Made by a program: the position numbers and the translations under genes. The notes under the pieces are model-generated. The model made no database searches. It was not told the DNA's origin and worked only from the letters and a program-made list of their open reading frames with translations. DNA of 64,000 nt from Octopus bimaculoides (lineage: Eukaryota). Positions 37,536 through 49,607 of the stretch are shown one piece after another. The stretch covers positions 24,080,580-24,144,579 of the forward strand of contig NC_069001.1 of the NCBI RefSeq assembly GCF_001194135.2, given 5' to 3'. Numbering within the stretch: position 1 is the first letter of the stretch; each line of letters begins with the position of its first letter.

Positions 37536-39884
37536 GTGTATATATCTTTCTATGTCTAAGAAGTTGGAAAAGTGTTGCAACAAAATCTACAAAACTCAAA
37601 TGCTATAACCATTGTAAAAACAAATTGAAGTACATTAAGCAAATATCAACTCTTTGACTCTCCAAATGAACCACACACCCTAAGATTCCACACACCAGCA
37701 TCCTGTCTGGAACGTCAGCCTACATATACCAAATTATATTATAGACACCAGTACAAAATCTTCCCACCAGGCAGTTCTCTGTTAGTCACTAAATTATATT
37801 TACTCGTTTGATTCCCAGTTTGTGACATTTTTCTATGTGATGTCTAATTTTCTTTTGTATCTTTATGAAACTGTACTCAGTTGCCCAGTATATATATTTA
37901 GAATACTAAGCACTCAACTAAGTGTTATAATATATCTCATATAATGGTCATTCTTTTTATACCATTGTGCACATCAATCAAATAGTTTAGTTGAAAGAAA
38001 TGGTACAATTGATATAAGTAAATTAAAGCTACTTTTCTGTTCAGCTTTCTATTCACTCAGCAACACCAAAAATTACTGGAATGAATATGATTTTGGCTAA
38101 TTCTGGATCAGATTTATAATTTGGGGAAATGTTTTCACTGTTGTGTCAGAAGAAAGTAGTGTTGCAAAGGTTTTGGTAACCTATATATTTCCAAAGGAAT
38201 TTGAACAAAGTTTTTAACAAACACTATCCCACAGTGTAAGATAACAATGTAAGATGACACTAAGCTTTGTTATTGAATCATGTTATTGAAGTCTTTAATA
38301 ACAGAAGGAAGTTTTTAATCACATTTTGATAAAAATATATTAAAATTGAAATTTACAAGAATTTTCTAGACAAGGTAGAGTTTAATAATAACTTTCTTTC
38401 AATAAAAGTTGCATATTTCAGACTTATTAATAAGCAGTTTTCATTATTATCATATAAATATATTTAAAATAGAAGATAGTAAAAAGTGGCAGCATAATTT
38501 ATTGGATTCAAACGACATGTCTCTTGTAAGCTGAATACCAATTTTTAACCACTGTACCAGAGTGACATTAGAACTTAACCATCTAAATTTTGAGATGAGC
38601 CTATAACACACACACACGTGTACACGTGTGTGTGTGTGCTTTTATATGTATATGTGTCTAATATTCATTCTTTTATACAGAAAATACTTATACGTAACAC
38701 ATCCTAGCTGATATATACAAAACTGATGCAGTTCCACACTTGCTCATGCACACACACATGCATACATATACACCCAGACATACATGCTTATACAGATGTA
38801 TATATTTACATATACAAACATGAATAATATGGATTGTATGCAGACATTTTTATGTACTTTTGTTTTCCATTTCCACACAATGCAAATGTAATTTTCTATT
38901 ATCTACCTGGAATAAATGTTTCATATATTTGAACAGCAATTTGTATTTCGCGTATATCAGAATTGTGATAATATATTTTGTGGCTATATATTATGTATAC
39001 TTGAACGATAGTAAGTAGCAAGTTTATATTTAGTATGATAATGTATTGTGAGTACCAGCCTGAAATATGGTAATGGACTGTGTATATACTTGATATGTGA
39101 TAATGTATTGTATATATCAACAGTTAGATGATGTAATGTGGGTTGTAAAAGTGTCACAAGGTATTATGTGTACATTAAGTGAAATAATTTACTAGTGCCC
39201 GAAAGAAATGTGATATCTTGTCATTGTTGTGGTTGCTGCTGTTGTTGATGTTGCTGTTTAACCACAGGTCGGCTCTAATGGAGTAAGTAAACTCATGATC
39301 AAAGGCACTCCAGCCATGACCATATTGTCTATTTTAAATCAATATGCTCTAACTGAATCAGTTAGTGTTGTCTTTGCTGTTGTTTGTTGTTGCTGTTTAG
39401 CCACAGGTCAGCCCTGATGGAATAAGTAAACCGATGATCAAAGCCATTCCAGCCTTTCACTTACTCTATTATTATCTATTTTAAATGAATTCTTCAATGC
39501 GGTGCTCCAGCATGGCTGCAGTCTAAGGACTGAAGCAGGTTAAAAATAAAAGATAATAGATGCATCGTCACCTCTGATTGCAATATCTAATGTTTTCGTC
39601 TTTCTTTAAGTTCCCAGAGTGTGATTTGAGGGAGATGAGGCTATTATTTCTTGCAACTGATACAATCACATAGAGGCTCTCTAATTCTAAATCTACAATA
39701 TGTTAAAGCATCTCTGAAATATAACAAATATATTTCTTAAGTAAAGTATGATAATAGGATATTTCTTAAGACCAAGTAAACAATGAATTTATCTGTCATC
39801 AAAAGCAATCTATCCATGACCATCCCCTACTGTCTCCTCACTCTTGCAGCTAAGTTGTTTATAATATTAACTAATAATAAGCAC

Positions 39885-40243
39885 AGATTTGGCAATATGG
39901 TTAGAAGTTTGCTTCCCATTCACATGATTGTGTGTTCAGTCCTACTGTGTGACACCTCGGGCAAGTGCCTTGGGCTAACCAAAGCCTTTGCGAGTGAATT
40001 TGGTAAACTGTAACTCAAAGTTACCCATCATATATGTATAATATCTATAGGAAATTATGTGGATAAGCATGTTATGCTTATCTGCATAATTGCTTCTGTA
40101 CCCACTCAATTTGTTCCCTCTTATAGCCCTTCTTTACCTTGTGGAATCAAACGCCTAAAAAGACATCAGAGTTTGAATCTTTTGAGCACAGCTACGTGTC
40201 GTTTATATGGAAAATCTCTGGATCACAACTGTGGACTATATGA

Positions 40244-40276
<33 letters not shown>

Positions 40277-40450
40277 TATTTGTCTGCTACCAGCACTGGA
40301 TAATCAGTGTTGAGGTATTTGCATTCCTGCAGCATGATAGCTTAGCAAAAGAGTATGGTAGAATGAGTGCTGTGGTCGAGTTTTGTTTGACTAAAATTCC
40401 TCAAGGTGGCACCCGGCCTGACAGCAGTGTGGTGGCTGAAACAAATAAAT
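39885..40450 (+). mobile_element. SINE family B with a ~200-bp interruption; a second 3' half follows at 40490-40740
   Basis: Head 39885-40030, unrelated 40040-40240, (TG)n, tail. Confidence 0.6.
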
Positions 40451-40892
40451 AATGAATGTGTGCGTGTGTGTGTGTGCCTATGTATATATTTATATAGACA
40501 CACGCACATATATGCATGTGAGTGTGTGTGTTTGTATTTGTGTTTGTCCCCCACCACTTCTTGACAACTGGTGTTGGTTTGTTTATGTTCCTGCAGCATA
40601 GGGGTTTGGCATTAGACACCAATAGAATAAGTACCAGTTAAAAAAAAAAAGTACTGGGTTTGATTCATTTGAGCAAAATCCTTCCAGGTGGTGCTCCAGC
40701 ATGGCTACAGTCAAATAACTGAAACAAGTAACAGATAAAAGCTAACATTTACCATCCATATACAAAACTGTATGAAGTGATTTGAAGGAGATGTGACTGC
40801 TATTTTTAGCAGGTCATTTGAACATTTAATAAAAATTTCAATGTCCTTGTTTGATATTAAAACATCCAAAATGTTGTAATGTGTTTCCGGTG

Positions 40893-41545
40893 AAGGTGCA
40901 TGGTTTAGTGGTTAGGATATGCAGTTCATGGTCATAAGATTGTGGTGTGTCATGACCTTGAGCAAGGCATTTTACTTTGCATAGCTTCAGTCAACCCAGC
41001 AGGTAAAAAATGAGTCGTACCAGTATTTCAAAGTGCCACCCGAGGCATATTGTGTGTCATGCTGAATTTTCCAGTGAACAGCATTAAGGAGTACACACGT
41101 CTGTGGAGTACTCAGCCACTTGCACATTGACTTCATGAGCAGGCTGTTCTGTTCTCATTGTTACTGAAAGGAGTGCCTGCCAGCAGCATCAGCAGTAGCA
41201 GTAGCACCAGCATTAGTAGTAGTGGTGGTGGTGGTGGTGGTGGTGGTGATTAAAGGAACAGAGCTAAGTGGCTATGATATTTGATTCCCAATCATGAGGT
41301 CATAAGTTCAATTCCCGGCAATGCATCGCATCCTTGAGAAAGACACTGTATTTCACATTGCTGCAGTTCACTCATCTGGCAAAACTGAGTAGAACCTGTA
41401 TTTCAAAGGACCAAGCCTTGTCACGCTCTGTATCATGCTGAATCTCCTTGAGAACTAGATTAAGGATACACGTGTCTATGGAGTGCTCAACTTCATGCAC
41501 GTTAATTTCAAGAGCAGGCTGTTCCATTGATTGGATCAACCCTCG
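40893..41545 (+). mobile_element. Two tandem family C SINEs separated by (AGC)/(GGT)n
   Basis: Copies at 40893-41150 and 41262-41545 share CTTGAG(C/A)AAG.CA..T.TTTCAC.TTGC, TATTTCAAAG.GCCA and ACAC.T.TCT.TGGAGT.CTCA. Confidence 0.7.
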
Positions 41546-42160
41546 ACGCCATAACCGACAGAGTTCCACTTAATGTGTTTCCATGAAATGTAATAATAAT
41601 CTCTCTGTCTGAAGTATGATGAATTATCTTTTGTTTGAGAATACTTTTGGTTCTGTTCTAATGTCAGCCATTCATTTGAAATACGATAACACATTTTATT
41701 GTATATGTAAAATATCATAACATATGATATGAACAGTGATAACATTATATTTGTATTTAAAATGAGACATGATATTGTGTATGTATCTAAAGTGTGATTT
41801 CCTAGATATATTAAAAATGTGGTGACATATTGTGTGCTAATGTATTACTTGTATTCCATGCAAATTTTATTATAGAATAGACAGGATGATAGCTTATTGA
41901 TTTTTGTTATCATATATGTGTTTACCTCACAACTTTTTAACAACAGCCTCATTTGTTACATGATTCCAATGGACCAATCATCAATCCATTATATCTTTTG
42001 GTGAAGAAAGTAACAAGGGAGTGCTTGTAATCCGTTACAGAACAAATATCATGAAGGACTTGACTATTTTTTTAACGTTTTTTTTTTTTTTCCCCTTGCT
42101 GTTTATATCCCTTGCCAATATACAACCATGAAAACTAAACACACAAACACACATATATTT

Positions 42161-42376
42161 ATTGGTTTCAAATTTTGGCTCAAGGCTAGCAAGTTTTAGG
42201 GGAGCATATAAGTTGATTATGCCGACCCCAGTGATCAACTGGTATTTACTTTATCGACCTTAAAAGGATGAAAGACAAAGGTGACCTCAGTGGAATTTGA
42301 ACTCAGAATGTGAAGATGGACAAAATGTTGCTGAGTGTTTTGCTTGGTGTGCTAACAATTCTGCCAGTTTGCTGCC
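42161..42376 (-). mobile_element. SINE family A
   Basis: Shared sequence. Confidence 0.8.
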
Positions 42377-43536
42377 TCAAACACATATGTGTTTATTGAT
42401 CATATTGTATACAATTTCCATATACACAGATGCAAGCATGGCTGTGTGATTAAGATGTTTGCTTCTCAATAACATGGTTTCAAATTTAATCCTGCTGCAT
42501 GGCACCTTGAGCAAGTATATTCCACTTCAGCCTCTCATCAACCAAAGCCATGTGAGTGGATTTGCTAAACAGAATCCAAAAGTGAACTGGATGCCCATCC
42601 TGTCACCACTCCTTACCTGTTTCCAAGTAATATCTGTTTGCATGACCAGACATGTTTTCATGAAACATTGGAAATGACAGAGACTGCTCGCATGCTGGTG
42701 ACATTCATTCACAACTATCATGTAATGTCAAAAGAAGGAGAGAGTAAAACACATCCCTTCTCCTCACTCATACATACATATAGATACATATATGATAGGC
42801 TTCTTTCAGTTTCTGTCTACCAAGTTAACCCACAAGATTTTGGTCAGGCTATAACCGAAAACACTAGTCCACAGTGCCATGCAGTGGTACTGAACCCAAA
42901 GCCATCTGCTTTGGAAGTTACTGTTTATCACACATCCATGCTTGGGATAATTTTATTTCATATGTTATAAAGGTGATATTTATTTTTTTTATGTATCTAT
43001 GTATGATAAATATGTTTTTGTGCAACTGAAGTATGATTATTGCATTTTGATCACCGAAGTTACAATGATTTGGTGACCTTTCAGCTAACATGCTGCTGTC
43101 TGCTCAGCCATANNNNNNNNNNACCTCCTTGTGATTCCTGAGATCTTTCATGGTAATAAATCGATCTTGTAAAGTTTACGATGAAGGAATATATGTCAGT
43201 AAAGTAATAAAAGTGAAAATATATCACAAGAGCACTTGTTATCAGTTAGACCAAGGTTACCTCTGTCATGAATTCTAGTCAAGAACATCCTGTCAGATTT
43301 TGAGATAAACTATATAGAAATAGATTGTTTTGCTTTGTTTTGTTTTTAATATGGCAATGTTTAATTAGTAGGAGACTCGGCTGTTATTTCTAGCGGACTG
43401 AAAACTCATGGGAAGTCTTGTCTGTTGGCTAACGGTAGACAGATTGTTATCGAAAGGAATTAAGGAAATTGGTAAACTAGAAGCATGGGAAAGATAATAA
43501 CACTTCATCATTCTTAGTTCTTAATGTTATAGTTAT

Positions 43537-43660
43537 ATATATATATAAAACTGAGAATGTGTGTGTGTCTCTTTGCCTGTCTGTCTGTGTGTCTGTATGT
43601 GTGCATCACTAAAATTCGAGAACTATCCAACAGATTTCATTCAAATTTTTCACATTTTGA
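43537..43660 (+). mobile_element. Helitron-like non-autonomous 5' fragment
   Basis: TATATAAAACTGAGAATG, (GTCT)n, then AAAATTCGAGAACT..GATTTCATTCAAATTT, the layout of Helitron/Helentron-derived short elements; similar layout at 53160-53345. Confidence 0.4.
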
Positions 43661-44492
43661 CCTACAGCAGCTCTCCAGCATGGCCACAGTCACATGACTG
43701 AAACAAGTAAAACAATAAATAAAAAAAACTCTGCCATTTAACCCTGAGCAAGGCTGTGCATCTCTCCTAGTATTTTTTGTTATGGCCTATTATCTCCACG
43801 TCAATCATGGTTGAACAAACATGATTAAAGGTGTTCTACCTACAATCAGCCCATCATTTTTGTCTTAATTCATGCAATACAATGACTACATTATTGATTG
43901 TGTCCTTTCTCTTTTGAGAAGCTAGGTTATGTTCAAGGGAAGATTTTGCAACAATTTCTAGCTGTTACCAATGATAAAGACTAAACAACATCTCTGTTGC
44001 ATAATTCATAATTATTTATAACAAACGAGGACGTATTTGAATAATAATTAGGTAGGCAACAAGACCAACGACTAATGAACAACTACCACCAATACATACA
44101 ATTAGCAATATGCTACATGTTTTCTTTCCCCTGTCCATGTAAATAGTTGCAATGAATTGGAAAGAAAACTATAAGAAAATTGAATAAAGGATAAAATACA
44201 GGATATTCTAAATAATTAGTGAAGAATAATTACCTAGAAAATAAACATGAATTCATAGAAACTAATATCTGTAATCATATTTTGCTAACATCTGTCACTT
44301 TCTGCCACAAATTACTTGTGGAGTGTCCAGGCTTATCTGTCTTTAGAAAATAATTTGTAGCTGGAAAGTATTCATGTTGTAAAATATTCGTTACTCTAAT
44401 CATTATTTTCCCAGGTATTTTTCAGAAAAACTAGTTTTTGCCCAAATGATTTTTCTTCCTAAAATCCTTTTCCATAGCTCCAACTTATTTAA

Positions 44493-44711
44493 CCATTTGA
44501 CATTCAAATTGCTCTCTTCAAATATAATGCTTATTTACTCACGTTGTTTTGAATTAATCATGTATTATCTTGTAGCTTTGAAATTTCAATGCTGTGATTG
44601 TTTATTTTAAGAATGACATTGTAAGGTAGGTGTGAGAGCTTGGACTTGGCCAGTTTTGGCCTAAAACAGATAATATGTTTGGGCTGGGTATGGCCAATTT
44701 CAGTACTAAAG
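44493..44711. mobile_element. piggyBac-like MITE whose right end is interrupted by a SINE
   Basis: TTAA|CCATTTGACATTC...; homologous in reverse to 47354-47642; a residual GTTAA follows the SINE at ~45136-45140. Confidence 0.55.
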
Positions 44712-44712
44712 T

Positions 44713-44945
44713 CTTTTACTCTTTTACTTGTTTCAGTCATTTGACTGCGGCCATGCTGGAGCACCGCCTTTTAGTCGAGCAAATTGACTCCAGGACTTAC
44801 TCTTTGTGAGCCTAGTACTTATTCTATCAGTCCCTTTCGCTGAACCATTAAGTTACGGGGACGGAAACACACCAGCATCGGTTGTCAAGCGATGTTGGGG
44901 TGACAAACAGACACACAAGCGCGCGCGCACACACACACACACAAG

Positions 44946-44999
<54 letters not shown>

Positions 45000-45135
45000 C
45001 GACGGGCTTCTTTCAGTTTCTGTCTACCAAATCCACTCACAAGGCTTTGGCCGGCCCGAGGCTATAGTAGAAGACACTTGCCCAAGGTACCACGCAGTGG
45101 GACTGAACCCGGAACCACGTGGTTCGTAAGCAAGT
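44713..45135 (-). mobile_element. Young, CpG-rich SINE family B, slightly 5'-truncated
   Basis: Best-preserved family B copy in the window. Confidence 0.88.
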
Positions 45136-45321
45136 GTTAATCTTTATAACTTGAAATTTATTATTATAAGAGTATGATTATAGTGTTCTCAGTTATCAAT
45201 TTTAACACAATAACATCAATTACGCATGCATTTTTATTGTTTTATTCTATTGATTTTAAAACACCTTCACTTCATCTTTTTAAAAAAGTCAGTATTGTTA
45301 ATTTCATATTTTATTGAAACA

Positions 45322-45480
45322 TACAGGTGTGGTTGTGTGGTAACAAGCTTGTTTCTCAACCACATGGTTCCAGGTTCAGTCCCACTGCATGGCACCTTGG
45401 CCAAGTGTCTTCTACTATAGCATAGGATTGACCAAAGTCTTATGAGCAGATTTGGTAGATGAAATCTGAAAGAGGACTGT

Positions 45481-45527
<47 letters not shown>

Positions 45528-46438
45528 ATGCACACACACACAGAGGGTGTGATGGGTAAATGGTTGTCATTTTATATTTTTAAGTTTGGTTGTGCGCATT
45601 GTTTGCTTTTGATTTTGTCCACTACACAGGATAGTAGGGTCAGTTGGGCACTGTCTTTGAGAAAAACAGTGCCATGATGCAATTCATTTTGCCAGAGATT
45701 TGGAAACAGCATGCTGTATTGCTTTGCATTTGTACCAGAAGCTTTAATATGAACAAATGGTGAACGCAGAACAGCTGCTGGCTTACTGTGTCCCCAAAAC
45801 ATGTAGTGAGAGTGATAAAAATCAAACATCCAGTCAACATAATGGTGTCTGGAGTGATCACTAGTGATAGCAACGTTATGCCTCCATTCATATTTCCACA
45901 CTGCTTGACAATCAACACAGAGGCCTACATCAAGTGCTTGGAGGTGATAGTGCTGCCCTGGTTCAAGAGGGTGACTGCTGGAAGACCCTATGTCTGGCAA
46001 CAGGACTCTGCACCATGCAACACAAACAGGAGAATCCAGTCATGGCTGTCAGACAATTTCTACAACCACATCACCCCTAACATCTGGCCACCTAACTCTC
46101 CAGACCTCAACCCCCTTGATTATTATATGTGAGATGCAGTTGAGCGAGAGATCAACAAAACACCTTGTTACACCAAAGATGAACTGAAGAATTACAGCAG
46201 CATTCACCAACTCAAACAAGGAGACCATCTAGAAGAGTTACTGGAGATACCGAATTCGTCTGGTGGCCATGGTTGAAGCCAATGGCGATTTTATTGAATA
46301 AATTTACTCTTTAGTATTTCAAGATATTTTTATGTAATTTTTGGTAAATATACCTGTTAAAATGAGATGTCAGTGTTACTTTCATTTTTGCATTATTTAG
46401 ATGACAATATATTCGCTGCACCTTGCATATATATAAAG

Positions 46439-46477
<39 letters not shown>

Positions 46478-46640
46478 TGTCTGTCTGTCCCCCACGGCTG
46501 CTTGACAGCAGATGCTGGTAAGAAATTTGATAGAATAAGCACCAGGCTTAAAACAAAAACAAGTACTGAGGTTGATTCATTCGATTAAAAATTCTTTAAG
46601 GCGATGCTCCAGGTAGGCCACAGTCTAACGAGTAAAATAA
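45322..46640 (+). mobile_element. SINE family B split by a maT transposon
   Basis: 5' half 45322-45485, (TA)/(CA), transposon, (TG)n, 3' half 46485-46640. Confidence 0.7.
45541..46425 (+). mobile_element. Internally deleted maT-type (DD37D) transposon
   Basis: KHPVNIMVSGVI..WQQDSAPC..WPPNSPDLNPLDYY; 37 residues between the 2nd and 3rd Asp; imperfect TIRs at both ends. Confidence 0.85.
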
Positions 46641-47256
46641 GTTGAAGATAAATGATACATAAATTCTTTAGGTGATTATCATGCAACATACTGAATAGAA
46701 TATTACATGCTAATCCAGTAAATATTCATTTAAAGTCAATTATTCTAGTTGTTGCAAGGGGGTTATCTACAAGCAAATACAAACTTCCCTAATCACCTCA
46801 ACAAAGAAACATTTAGCCATTAGAAATAGTCATTAAATCTCCCTCAAAGTGAAGCAATTTAGAATAGGGTAACTCATCAAATTACAGCTTGCTACATTTA
46901 ACCAAGATCTACTTGGTAATTGAGATTACACAACATGCTGAGGATTATTGCAAGGTGTTACTGTAACACATAACACATTTTCACATTCTTTCTGCCATGG
47001 CACCTTCGATTGCAGTATCATGGTTCTTACAATACCCTGATGGCCTAAGCCTCCAACACTTAACACTTTAATCCTGAACTACTCTAGAATAATAAGTTTG
47101 CTGGTAATCAACACTAATTTTTCATGAACTGAAACTTCAAATTACAATACTTTATAAATTGTTGGATTGTTATGACAATTCTGATTCTTTGTAGAATCTG
47201 CTTCTCTATGTCAATGTCTCTTGCGAAAATATATTCTAAATCATTGACCATGTAGT

Positions 47257-47295
47257 CTCACTTACTTACCTGAAAAAAATATGTGATTGTTAATC
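47257..47295 (-). promoter_or_regulatory. Juxtaposed 3' and 5' splice sites (recursive-splice-site-like)
   Basis: Minus strand GATTAACAATCACATATTTTTTTCAG|GTAAGTAAGTGAG. Confidence 0.35.
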
Positions 47296-47353
47296 AACAG
47301 TACATAATCCTATTTTAAGCTGTAAGATTTGATAATGGATTAACAATAATTAA

Positions 47354-47642
47354 CCTTTCAGGACTTAAACCGGCCATATCTGGCCAAAATATTCTACCTG
47401 TTCAAACTGGTACTGTATTCAAATTGGCCAGACTTGGCCTCTCACATCAACCCTATTATATTCCAAAAATTAACAACTGCCTCTTCAGAATCTTGAATTT
47501 AGGAGATAATGCATGACTACCTAACAATGTCTGTCTAAAAATAAACAATCATATATTAATCTTGAAGCTACAAGATAATGCGTGATTAATTCAAAGCAAC
47601 GTGAATAAATAAGCATTACATTTGACAGAGTAATCTGAATGA
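47354..47642. mobile_element. piggyBac-like MITE, same family as 44493-44711, opposite orientation
   Basis: TTAA|CCTTT.. start; shares AATAAGCATTACATTTGACAGAGTAATCTGAATG (reverse) with the other copy. Confidence 0.6.
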
Positions 47643-48169
47643 CTGTTTCACTTTCAATTTTTCATATTCCATTGAGAAGATTTTTAACTGTTTTGAAATG
47701 TGTAAAAGAGTTGTGTGATCAGTTTAAATCTCATATACAATTCCAAAAAAAATTCTTGTAAGCTCATAAGTCAAGAAGTTCTCACATTGATAAACTCATT
47801 TTACAACAGAAAGTAGTAAAAATGATATTTTATAAGATGTTTTTCTTGAGTGACTTCAACTGTTAGCTTTGTTTGACAATTTTGACATTAGAACTTATAA
47901 AAATATTACTTTAAACAATTCTTTCAAAAATTATTAGAATGTCCTTTCTTCAGTTGTTCTTTTTAAAGTAACCCGCAGAAACACAAAGCAACATTAATAA
48001 TTCATTTACAAATATCACTCAAAACAATATGAAACTCGAAACTCTGTGGTATTCACTGATATTTTATTTAGCTTATATGACAGATTGTAATTCTTCATTT
48101 GTTACATGAATTCATTTGTCTAAAGCTATATTTTTCACTCTTAACTCTTTGCAATTATCTTCATTTAAT

Positions 48170-48626
48170 ATTGGTTCGAATTTTGGCACAAGTCCAGCAA
48201 TTTCAGGGTGGAGGTAAGTTGATTAAATCGACTCCAGATATCAAAAGGTACTTCTTTTATTGACCCCAAAAGGATGAAAATCAAAGTCAACTTCAGTGGA
48301 ATTTGAATTCAGAACATAAAGACAGACAAAAGACCACAAAGCATATTGCCCATCATATTAACAATTCTGCTACTTGCTGCTTTACCTGGGGGCTTAATAC
48401 TAAATGAAGATAGGTGTTGAGCTGGCAGAATTGTTAGCGTGCTGGGCAAACTACTTAGTGGCACATTGTCCATCTTTACATTCTGCTTTCAAATTCCACT
48501 GAGGTCGACTTTACTTTCATCATTTCCGAGTTGATAAATTAAGTACCAGTTGAACACTTATCCCTTAATCAACTTAGCCCTGCACCTGAAATTGCTGGCC
48601 TTGTGCCACAATTTAAAGCCAATATT
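48170..48626. mobile_element. Head-to-head pair of family A SINEs (48170-48381 minus, 48411-48626 plus)
   Basis: Two complete copies ~30 bp apart in opposite orientation; a further fragment at 48650-48775. Confidence 0.8.
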
Positions 48627-48950
48627 GAGTCCTCTTGTTAAAGGTGGTGAGTTGAAACACCATCAAGGTTGACTTTGTCTTTCATCCTTCAGGGGTCAAT
48701 AATTAACAGTTGAGCACTGGGGCTGACTCACCACTCCCTACAAAACTGCTGGCCTTGGTCCAAAGTTAGAAAGAAATATTAAGTCATAAGTTTTAAAATG
48801 ATAAGCTTATATCATGTATTTCTTAAAAATCCAATTATAATAATCGTTAAAAATAATAATATAACTGCAGTCACAACTATCTGACTTTTCATGGTCTAAT
48901 ACATTTTAGGTGCTGACCAAATTTCAAAATCCAACATTTTGCTATGTTAA

Positions 48951-49407
48951 CCCTTTCCTTACCATATTTCTTATTTCTTTATTGCCCACAAGGGGCTAAA
49001 CATAGAGGGGACAAACGAGGACAGACAAATGGATTAAGTCGATTATATCGACTCCAGTGCCTAACTGGTACTTAATTTATCAACCCCAAAAGAATGAAAG
49101 GCAAATTCAACCTTGGCAGAACTTGAACTCAGAATGTAGCAGCAGACGAAATACCGCTAAGCATTTCGCCCGGCATGCTAACGTTTCTGCCAGTTCGCTG
49201 CCTTACCATATTTCTGTTAACACATTCAGCTTTTGTTTTTAATTTTTAAAAGAATGAAAAATTTAGTAAAATAACTTTCTTGTCATTAGGCTGGGGTTTG
49301 GAACAAATTATAAAATTTTGAAGGAAGATTATTATTTAGATGACATTAAAATGGCAAGTTTTTGTCAGAAATTGGGGGTGGTCTCAAGCGGGTTGGTATC
49401 AAAAGGA
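48951..49407. mobile_element. Second piggyBac-like MITE family, interrupted by a young SINE
   Basis: TTAA|CCCTTT...AAAGGA|TTAA. Confidence 0.5.
48972..49200 (-). mobile_element. Young family A SINE (new tail) with 15-bp TSD
   Basis: CCTTACCATATTTCT at 48957-48971 and 49201-49215. Confidence 0.92.
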
Positions 49408-49607
49408 TTAAAATCGATTTTGGATAAGTAAAGTTGAGTTCTTTATTCAAATTTCTCAGAAGCTTCTCTAAAATGGAATTCCCATCTCATATCATTTGTT
49501 CTGACAATTCTCCATTCTTTCAGATTCTGCCTACCAGATCCACTCACAAAGCTTTGGTCAGCCCAAGGTGCCGAACCACGTGGTTGGGAAGCAAACTTCT
49601 TGTGACA

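Noticed and set aside
38606-38637. 32-bp perfect palindrome
   Set aside because: Formed by abutting (CA)n and (TG)n repeats; low information content.
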